Origin: an uncultured Actinomycetota bacterium
GTDB taxonomy: Bacteria; Actinomycetota; Actinomycetes; Actinomycetales; CAWJMD01
Reading direction: 5' to 3'
Assembly (NCBI GenBank): GCA_963715595.1
Contig: OY970255.1
Span: 155,796 to 219,795 of the forward strand
Length of the DNA stretch: 64,000 nucleotides
The notes beneath the pieces were generated by a model that saw nothing but the letters and a program-made list of their open reading frames with translations, made no database searches and was not told the DNA's origin. Shown piece after piece: positions 30,036 to 37,367 of this stretch; the first letter of the stretch is position 1, and every line of letters begins with the position of its first letter. The translations under genes and the position numbers were made by a program.

Positions 30036-32222
30036 GTGTCCACCTCCACCCCTCACCCCCGCCTCCGCCGCCTGCTCGGTCTCGCCCTCGCGACCGCGCT
30101 CGTCGGCCCCCTCGTCACACCTGCGCTCCTGAACGGCACCGCCTCGCCCGCGGCCGCCACCACCCTGACCCTGCGCCAGCCGATGCCCGCCGACGCGGTC
30201 GTCGACATGGTCGGCATCAACGTGCACACCGCGAGCCGTGAGCACTACGGCGACAAGGCCCGCGTCACCGCGGCGCTGCGCGAGCTGGGTGTGCGGCACG
30301 TGCGCGACCGCGTGTACACCAATCGCCCGGACCAGTACGACCGGCTGCGGGCGCTCGGCGCGGAGGGCATCGGCCTGAACGTCATCGCCGGCGACCCGAC
30401 CCTGGCCGGCGGGACGCCCGAGGCGATCGTGCAGACCGCCGTCCGCGAGCTGCCGGGCATGGTCGAGAGCTACGAGGGCGCCAACGAGTGGAACCTCAAG
30501 CGCCGCCCCAACTGGGCCGCCGAGCTGCGCGCGCACCAGACCCGCCTGTACGGGGCCGTGCGCGCCAACCCGGTGCACTCCCGCGTGCCCGTGATGGCGC
30601 CGGCGCTCGGCCAGCGCGAGGGCCGCGAGGAGCTCGGCTCCCTCGCCGGCATCGCCGACCTGGGCAACAACCACCTCTACATGGGCGGCCGCGAGCCGTC
30701 GTGGCTGGTCGACCAGGAGCTGACCCGCGAGCGCGCCCTGAAGGTCCCGAACAAGCAGGTCGTGGTGACCGAGGCCGGCTACCACGACGCGATGGTCGAC
30801 CCGACCACCCACTTCCCGACCCCGCAGGACGTCTCGGCCGACTACCTGCCGCGCTGGGTGATGGAGTACGCCAAGCGCGACGCCCTGACCCACCAGGTCT
30901 ACCTCTACCAGCTGATGGACGAGGGCACGAACAACGCCGACCGCGAGGACAAGTTCGGCCTCGTGCGACCGGACTTCACCCGCAAGCCCGGCTTCACCGC
31001 GCTGAAGAACACCCTGGCCCTGTTCGAGGACCCGGGCGGCTACCAGCCCCAGCCCACCCCGCTCGCGCTCGGCGTCACCTCCACCGCCACCGACGTGCAG
31101 ACCCTGGTCACCCAGCGCCGCGACGGCAGCTACGTCCTGGCCGTCTGGCGACGCACCAGCTCCTGGCAGCAGAAGGACGAGGTGCGCCTGGCCGTCCCCG
31201 CGGTGCCGGTCACCCTCGACCTGGCCACCGCGATGGACGCCGCGGTGCACACCCCCACCACCTCCGCCACGCCCCGCTCGACCGCGACCCGCACCACCCG
31301 GGTCAACCTCTCGGTCGGCAACGGCCTGCAGGTCGTCAAGCTCACCGCCCCGGTCGCGGTCGACGTCGCGATCGGCTCGGCGCCGCCGGTCACCGCGGCG
31401 AACCACACCGCGTGGCAGCCGTCGGGCACCGCCGAGCCCGGCGCAGCCGTCTCGGTGCAGGTCGCCGCCGCGGTCGGGACGGCCACGGCCGCCACGACGG
31501 CGCTCGGCGACGGCACCTGGTCGGTCGGGGTCGACGTCTCGGGCCTGCCCGACGGCGACCTCGCGCTGACCGTCGGCGCCACCGCCCCCACGGGGGCGAC
31601 CTCGCGGGCGACCGCCACGGTCGCCAAGACCACCCGCCTGGGAGCGCCGGTGATCACCGGCTCGACAGGGTCGACGGGCACGGTCTCGGTGCAGTTCGAC
31701 GCGCCGGCCGAGACCGGCGGAGTACCGCTCACCGGGTTCGAGGCCACCCTGGTCGCGCCCGACGGCTCCTCGAGCGTGACGGCACTGGCCCCCGAGACCC
31801 GCTCGTTCAGCGCGCAGGACCTGCCGCTCGCGGGCACCTACGTGGTCTCGGTGGTCGCGCTGAACCAGGTCGGCACCGGCCCCGCCGCGTCCACCGCGGT
31901 GGCCACCCGGGGCGAGGCCCGGGTGGTGCTCACGCCGGACCGGTACGCGGTCACGGGGGGCGGGTCGGTCACGTTCACCGGCACCCTCACCGACCGCACC
32001 AGCGGCGCTCCGCTGGCCGGCCGCACCGTGCTGGTCTACTCCCGCGCCGACGACGGCACCCGGGTGCGCCTCGACCGGGGCCAGGTGGTGACGGCGGCCG
32101 ACGGCAGCTGGAGCCACCGGCACACCCCGACCGCCGGCCTGCGCTACCAGGCCGACGTGCTGGCTGCCGACGGCTACGGCTTCGCGCGCAGCACGCCCAC
32201 CCGGGTGATCGAGGCGCGCTGA
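30036..32222 (+). CDS. secreted clan-GH-A-like glycoside hydrolase fused to Ig/FN3/prealbumin-like module
   Basis: Intact ORF (GTG start) with signal peptide RLRRLLGLALATALVGPLVTPALL. VGINVHTASREHYGD...VRHVRDRV...YEGANEWN...VVVTEAGYHD are the clan GH-A acid/base and nucleophile contexts. A C-terminal module shared with 26926-29841 follows. Confidence 0.7.
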   Translation: MSTSTPHPRLRRLLGLALATALVGPLVTPALLNGTASPAAATTLTLRQPMPADAVVDMVGINVHTASREHYGDKARVTAALRELGVRHVRDRVYTNRPDQYDRLRALGAEGIGLNVIAGDPTLAGGTPEAIVQTAVRELPGMVESYEGANEWNLKRRPNWAAELRAHQTRLYGAVRANPVHSRVPVMAPALGQREGREELGSLAGIADLGNNHLYMGGREPSWLVDQELTRERALKVPNKQVVVTEAGYHDAMVDPTTHFPTPQDVSADYLPRWVMEYAKRDALTHQVYLYQLMDEGTNNADREDKFGLVRPDFTRKPGFTALKNTLALFEDPGGYQPQPTPLALGVTSTATDVQTLVTQRRDGSYVLAVWRRTSSWQQKDEVRLAVPAVPVTLDLATAMDAAVHTPTTSATPRSTATRTTRVNLSVGNGLQVVKLTAPVAVDVAIGSAPPVTAANHTAWQPSGTAEPGAAVSVQVAAAVGTATAATTALGDGTWSVGVDVSGLPDGDLALTVGATAPTGATSRATATVAKTTRLGAPVITGSTGSTGTVSVQFDAPAETGGVPLTGFEATLVAPDGSSSVTALAPETRSFSAQDLPLAGTYVVSVVALNQVGTGPAASTAVATRGEARVVLTPDRYAVTGGGSVTFTGTLTDRTSGAPLAGRTVLVYSRADDGTRVRLDRGQVVTAADGSWSHRHTPTAGLRYQADVLAADGYGFARSTPTRVIEAR
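30165..31355 (+). repeat. near-identical 1.19-kb duplication, copy 1 (partner 37497-38687)
   Basis: Constant offset of 7332 nt with no indels. Reading the two copies side by side I find only about 6-7 substitutions, for example ccccaactgg/cccgaactgg, ctgtacggggccgtg/ctctacggggcggtg and gagctgacccgc/gagctgagccgc. Confidence 0.9.
31359..32222 (+). repeat. copy 2 of the 864-bp shared C-terminal module
   Basis: See 28978-29841. Confidence 0.85.
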
Positions 32223-32233
32223 CCCCGCACCAC

Positions 32234-32284
32234 GACGACGACGCCCCGCGGGTCCCTTACCGGGACCCGCGGGGCGTCGTCGTC
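32234..32284. terminator. bidirectional long hairpin between convergent GH genes
   Basis: gacgacgacgccccgcgggtccc (32234-32256) pairs with gggacccgcggggcgtcgtcgtc (32262-32284), a 23-bp perfect stem with loop ttacc. The stem sequence is related to the 29847 hairpin. Confidence 0.65.
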
Positions 32285-32309
32285 AGCGCTGACGTGGCGC
32301 GGTCGCGCC

Positions 32310-33599
32310 TCAGGCGTCGATCGCGATGATCTGCAGGTCGCCGGTGAGGTCGACGGTCGTCGACGCGGCGCGCACCGTGCGCACGGCGCCCTCGGTCACC
32401 GACGGCCGGTAGACGCTCAGCAGCCGCGACTGCGGCAGCGAGAGCGTCACCCGCCGGGCCGGGGCGGCCTTGGCGCGGTTCGCGATCGGGTCCCAGATCT
32501 CGACGTCCTGCCACAGCGCGAGCAGGAAGCGGCCGTCGCGGCGCTGCATCAGCAGGCTCGAGGTCAGGTCGTCGGTGCCGGAGAGCCCGTAGGTCAGGCT
32601 GCGCAGCGGGTACGCCGGACCCGGGTCGCGCATCAGGTCGAGCATGCGACGGATCGCCACGAACGCGGGCTTGCGCGAGCGGTCCGAGCGCATCAGGCCG
32701 AACGACAGCTCGCGGTCGGAGCTCGAGCGTCCCTGGTCGATCAGCTCGTAGCTGTACACCCGCTGCACGCCGCGCTTGGCGTGCTCCATCAGCAGCCGCG
32801 GCATGTAGACCGCGGTGGCCGCCTCGGAGGTCGGCAGGTGCGTGGTGGGGTCGTTGAGGGCGTTGTGGTACCCCGACTCGGTGAAGTGGACCAGCTCGGA
32901 GCCGCTGACGGTGCGGGCCTTGGCGATCTCCTGGTCGATGTACCGGCTCGGCACCCGTCCGCCGCAGTAGAGGTGGTTGTTGCCGCGGTCGAGGTAGTCG
33001 GTCATGTTCCCCAGCCGCTCGTGGTCCTTGCGCTGACCGAGCGAGGGGCCGAGCACCGGGATCGAGCCGAGCGTCGAGCTGTTCTTGGCCGCGGTGTAGA
33101 GGCGGCGCTGGTGCATCCGCACCTCGTTCACCCAGTTCGGGCGGCGCTTGAGGTTCCACTCGTTGGTGCCCTCGAAGCTCGTCACCGAGCCCGCGCAGTT
33201 GCGGCTCAGGTCGTTCACGAGCTCCTCGGGCGTGCCGCCGACGAAGGTCGGGCGCCCCATCACGACGTTGATCTTCACGCCGCGCGAGCCGAGCAGGTTG
33301 AACGCCTTCCAGATGTCCGGGCGGCCCTTCCAGACGGCGTCGCGGACGTGGAGCAGGCCGAGCTCATCCAGCGCGCCGGCGACGAAGCCCGCGTCGGAGT
33401 ACCCGGCGAGGTCGTACCCGCACTTGATGTTGGTGCCGAAGGTGCGCCGGACGTGCTCGGACGAGCGGGCCCGGCGGGTGGTGAACGCCGCGGCGTCCGC
33501 GCGGGGCGCCGTGAGGGCGACGCCTGCCGCCGCGGCGCCGCCGAGGAGCAGCGAGCGGCGCGCGAGGGCGGGCACGGAGGAGGGGGGTGTGGAGGTCAC
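32310..33599 (-). CDS. Tat-secreted clan-GH-A-like glycoside hydrolase paralog (catalytic domain only)
   Basis: Intact ORF. The twin-arginine signal is ARRSLLLGGAAAAGVALTAPRADA. FGTNIKCGYD...LLHVRDAV...FEGTNEWN...VHFTESGYHN is colinear with the other paralogs but much more diverged. Confidence 0.7.
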   Translation of the reverse strand: MTSTPPSSVPALARRSLLLGGAAAAGVALTAPRADAAAFTTRRARSSEHVRRTFGTNIKCGYDLAGYSDAGFVAGALDELGLLHVRDAVWKGRPDIWKAFNLLGSRGVKINVVMGRPTFVGGTPEELVNDLSRNCAGSVTSFEGTNEWNLKRRPNWVNEVRMHQRRLYTAAKNSSTLGSIPVLGPSLGQRKDHERLGNMTDYLDRGNNHLYCGGRVPSRYIDQEIAKARTVSGSELVHFTESGYHNALNDPTTHLPTSEAATAVYMPRLLMEHAKRGVQRVYSYELIDQGRSSSDRELSFGLMRSDRSRKPAFVAIRRMLDLMRDPGPAYPLRSLTYGLSGTDDLTSSLLMQRRDGRFLLALWQDVEIWDPIANRAKAAPARRVTLSLPQSRLLSVYRPSVTEGAVRTVRAASTTVDLTGDLQIIAIDA

Positions 33600-33656
33600 G
33601 AGGGGAAACGCCTTCGATCGAGTAGTGGTGCTCTGTCATCCCCCCCGCCGCGGGGA

Positions 33657-33685
33657 AACGTAGACAGTTCACCCGATCGGGTCAA
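33657..33685 (-). promoter_or_regulatory. sigma-70 (HrdB-like) promoter with overlapping palindromic operator candidate
   Basis: On the minus strand: TTGACC (33685-33680), a 17-nt spacer, then TACGTT (33662-33657, fits actinobacterial TANNNT). This is about 58 nt upstream of the GTG at 33599. The spacer and -35 contain the perfect palindrome acccgatcgggt (33671-33682). Confidence 0.5.
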
Positions 33686-33743
33686 GTCACCCGGCGCGTC
33701 CTCGTCCGGGGCGCCCGGGCGCCTCGTGCTCCGGGGGCGGGTC

Positions 33744-34823
33744 TCAGGACGGCCCGGCGAGCGCGATCTCGCGCAGCCGGTCGCAGAACGCGCGGGCCGA
33801 GAAGCGAGCCGCGTGCTCGACGACGTCGCCCTCGTCCTCCACCTCGGCAAGGCACCGGCGCACCCCCGCCGCGACGGTGCGCGGCTCACGGTCGTCGACC
33901 AGCACGCCGTTGGTGCCGTCGACCACGGTGTCGAGGTAACCTCCTGCACGCAGCGCGACCACCGGACGGCCGAACGCGTTCTGCTCCAACGGTGTCAGGC
34001 CGAAGTCCTCGTCGCCGACGGCCACGAGCGCGATGCTGTTCGCGTACAACCAGCGCAGCTCGGCGTCGGTGACCCGGCCGAGGTGCAGCACCTGGCCGTC
34101 GAGGGCGTCGCCGGCCTGCGCGGTGGCGGGGTCGGAGCCGACGACGACGAGCCGGTGCTCGGGCAGGTGGGCCATCGCGGCGATGACGGCCTCGGTGCGC
34201 TTGTACCCGCGCGGGCGGCCGACGGTGAGCAGGTAGCCCGGCTCGATGCCCGCGACCGGCTCCTGCGGGTCGGTGGCGTCGAGCAGCAGCGGCGGGTGCA
34301 GCACCTGCGCGGTGATGCCGTACGCGTCGGCGATGCGGGCGGAGACGCCGCGGGAGTTGCCGAGGTAGGTGGTGCGGGGTCCGTGCGCGGCCCTGCGGTC
34401 CCACCGGCGCAGCGCCGGGCCGGCCGCCCGCAGCGCCGCCCGCACCGGCAGCGGCTGGCCGACGAGGTAGTCGTGCGGCTGGTACAGCCAGCGGGCGGGG
34501 TTGTTGCAGTAGACGACCTTGTGCCCGCTCACGTGCACACCGTGCGACCAGCCGGTGCTGCTGCAGATGACCGCCTCCTCGTCGAGGTGCACGCGGCCGA
34601 AGGCCGTCGCGAGGAACGGCAGCGCCCGGCGCGGGTCCTCGCGCAGCCAGCGCACCCGGTCGATCGGCAGCGTGCGCACGTCGAGCCCGGCCGCCTCGGG
34701 GAACGTGCCGGCCGGGTCGAAGAACGAGGTGAGCAGGCGGCCTCCGGACAGCTCGCGCGCCATCAGCAGCGCGAGCCGCTCGCCGCCGCCCTGCTGGGTC
34801 AGGTAGTCGTGGACGACGAGCAC
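33744..34823 (-). CDS. GT4-family glycosyltransferase
   Basis: Intact ORF: VLVVHDYLTQQGGGERL...YLLTVGRPRGYKR...DEDFGLTPLEQNAFGRPVVALRAGGYLDTVVDGTNGVLV. Confidence 0.8.
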   Translation of the reverse strand: MLVVHDYLTQQGGGERLALLMARELSGGRLLTSFFDPAGTFPEAAGLDVRTLPIDRVRWLREDPRRALPFLATAFGRVHLDEEAVICSSTGWSHGVHVSGHKVVYCNNPARWLYQPHDYLVGQPLPVRAALRAAGPALRRWDRRAAHGPRTTYLGNSRGVSARIADAYGITAQVLHPPLLLDATDPQEPVAGIEPGYLLTVGRPRGYKRTEAVIAAMAHLPEHRLVVVGSDPATAQAGDALDGQVLHLGRVTDAELRWLYANSIALVAVGDEDFGLTPLEQNAFGRPVVALRAGGYLDTVVDGTNGVLVDDREPRTVAAGVRRCLAEVEDEGDVVEHAARFSARAFCDRLREIALAGPS

Positions 34824-36276
34824 GTCGCCTCCTCCTCGGTGCCGGTGCGAGCGGGGACGGGGTCCTGCTCGGGGGTGGACGGGACCCGGCGAGCGGGCGG
34901 ACGTGCCCGACGACGCCGACGGCGAGCCACAGCAGGGCGCCGTAGACCGACTTGTAGGTGCTGGTGAACAGCAGGGCGACGGTGAGCGCGGTGAGCACCG
35001 CGGCCGCCCCGGGGTCGGCGAGGCCCCGCCGGGCCAGCAGCACGGCCGAGCCGGCGGCCACGACGGTCGCGACCAGCAGCAGCCCGCCCGCGGGCAGCCC
35101 GAGGGCGACGACCGACTCGAACACGCCGCTGTCGACGCTCTGCAGGGCCGGCTGCAACCCGGCCTCGAGCTGGGTGGCGAGCCCGGTGGCGCCCAGGCCG
35201 CGGCCCCACGGGTCGACGACGACCTCGGTGAAGAGCTGGGCCTGCAGGTCGAGCCGCTCCTGCAGGCTGTAGTCCTGGGCGCCCGCCTCGAGCGACGCGG
35301 TCACCCGCTCGGTGACGGAGCCCAGCACGGGGCCGCCGAACAGCAGCAGCGCGGCCGTGCCCGGCACCGCGACGGCCAGCAGCCGGGTGAGGCGCACCCG
35401 CCCGGCGAGCACCAGGACGGCGAGGGCGACCAGGTGGCAGATCCAGGCTGCACGCACCAGCGACAGGCCCAGGGCGAGGTAGCCGAGCACGAGCAGGGGC
35501 ACCTGCACGACCAGCCGGGTGCGCAGCGTGCTCGCCAGGTGCAGCAGCAGCAGGGCCGACAGCGTGTGCGCGTAGGGGCCGGCGGTGTTGAGGGTGCCGA
35601 AGACCCGCACCTCCTGGGCCTCGGCCCGCCCGACCGAGTTGATCCCGGACTGCTCGATCCACAGCGCGTCCCACGGCGGGAGCACGAGGAACTGCAGCAG
35701 GCCGTACCCGGCCAGGACCGGGACGGCCCACCGGGCCAGCCGCGGCAGGACGCGCGCGACGGCCGACCCGTCGTGGGTGAGCACGACGTACCCGAGCACG
35801 AACGGCGCGACCAGCTCGACGGCCCCCGCGGCCACCGGCAGCAGGCCCCACTGCGGCAGGCCGACGACCGACCCGTAGAGCACCGCGAGCAGCAGCGCGC
35901 CCGCCATCGCCGCCGCGGTCCGGGTGGCGCGCGAGCCGCGCCCGCGCAGCAGCACGGCCGCCGCCGCGAGCGAGCCCGCCACCGGGGCCAGGAGCACGGG
36001 GCTGACCTCGTGGTAGGTGCTCAGCCAGTCGACGACGCGGCGGACGAACGGCGAGAGCAGCCACAGCCACAGCACCAGCGCGACGACGTCGGTGGTGCGC
36101 GAGCGCAGCGCCAGCAGCAAGGCGTAGACCCCGGCGGCCGCCGGCGCGGCGTACCCGGCCAGCCGCGCGTCCAGGACGGCGATCGCCACCGTGGCGGCGC
36201 AGATGATCAGGGCGCCGAGGGTGCCTCGCCACAGCGACGGCTCCTCCTCGGCGCTCAGCTCGCCGGGCTGCACCAC
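34799..36276 (-). CDS. O-antigen ligase / Wzy-like polymerase family membrane protein; probable frameshift in the C-terminal tail
   Basis: About 10-12 TM segments with a large loop GINSVGRAEAQEVRVFGTLNTAGPYAHTL (Wzy_C-like). The GTG GTG start at 36276/36273 overlaps the upstream sulfotransferase stop. As given, the frame runs on into the GT4 gene; a 1-nt shift near 34880 gives the stop at 34799. Confidence 0.65.
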
Positions 36277-37196
36277 AGGCCGACCAGGTCGCGACCCACG
36301 AGCCGGCCGAGCGCGTCGATCTCGGGCCGCATCTGCGCGAGCAGGCGCGCGCGCAGCTCGGGGTCCATCCGCGCGCCGGCGACCGGGGCCGCGTTCAGGC
36401 GGTAGAGCAGCTTCCAGGCGCCGTCGCGCCACACGGCGGTGCGCAGGCGGGCCGGCACGGCCCGGCGGACCAGCGCGCGTCCGGGCGGGTCGCGCAGCAC
36501 GTCACGCAGCACCGCGCTGCGCGAGCGGCTGCGCTGCTTCTCGACCGTCGTGCCCGGCCGGTGGGTGTCGTCGAGATCGAGGAAGCGCAGCAGGGCGGCG
36601 TGGGTGCCCTCCGGGTCGTCGCGCAGGTCGTCGAAGACCACGACGTGGGTGCGCTCGGGCCCGAACACGTCCAGGAAGCGGGCGACCTGCGGGCTCAGGG
36701 TCGCGGCGTCGACGTAGCCCACGCCGGGCGGGAACGGCGCGCGGGGCGGGCGCCGGCCCGGCTCGCCGTCGCGCTCGAGCGCCTCGGCGAAGTCCTCGAG
36801 GTCCTCCTCGCCGGTGAACAGCCGCATGCCGTGCAGCGAGAACATCATGTCGACGGGGTTGCGGACCGCGACCACCACGCGCGCCTGCGGCGAGAAGGAC
36901 GCGATCTCCTGCGCGGCGGTCGCGGAGCGCAGGTACCAGGCCGACGCCTCCAGCAGCCGCGCCTCCTCGCGCGCGCCCGAGAACAGGTCGAGGTACTCCT
37001 GCTCGGAGCGGTCCGACAGCGGCAGGTCGCGGCCGAAGAAGTTGGGCTCCTTCAGCGGGCAGGCGAACACGTCGGGGTGCGCGGCGAGCCGGGAGTACAG
37101 CGTGGTCGTGCCGCACTTGGCCGCGCCGACGACGAAGGTGTCGGGTCGGCGCGCTGCGGCGGCCCGGACGGCCCGCCCCGAGGTCACGGGCTCCAC
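36255..37196 (-). CDS. sulfotransferase 3 (class A)
   Basis: Intact from the GTG at 37196: DTFVVGAAKCGTTTLY (PSB loop), RVVVAVRNPVDMMFSLH (PB motif). Confidence 0.8.
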   Translation of the reverse strand: MEPVTSGRAVRAAAARRPDTFVVGAAKCGTTTLYSRLAAHPDVFACPLKEPNFFGRDLPLSDRSEQEYLDLFSGAREEARLLEASAWYLRSATAAQEIASFSPQARVVVAVRNPVDMMFSLHGMRLFTGEEDLEDFAEALERDGEPGRRPPRAPFPPGVGYVDAATLSPQVARFLDVFGPERTHVVVFDDLRDDPEGTHAALLRFLDLDDTHRPGTTVEKQRSRSRSAVLRDVLRDPPGRALVRRAVPARLRTAVWRDGAWKLLYRLNAAPVAGARMDPELRARLLAQMRPEIDALGRLVGRDLVGLWCSPAS

Positions 37197-37280
37197 CCCT
37201 CGAGGATAGGTGGCCCGCGACCGGCGTGGGCCCCGGTTGGGCGTGCTGCCCGGGCGGGCCCGGACGTCGGCACGCCTCGC

Positions 37281-37367
37281 TGTCACGCTGCGTGAGGCGT
37301 TGGTCCAGTCGTAGCAACCGTCCGTCACCGGCTACGGTCCGTGCGGTCTGGACCCGATCCAGGATCG
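37281..37367 (+). promoter_or_regulatory. conserved upstream leader, copy 2
   Basis: See 29949-30035. It contains acccgatcc-a-ggatcgg, which abuts the GTG start. Confidence 0.45.
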
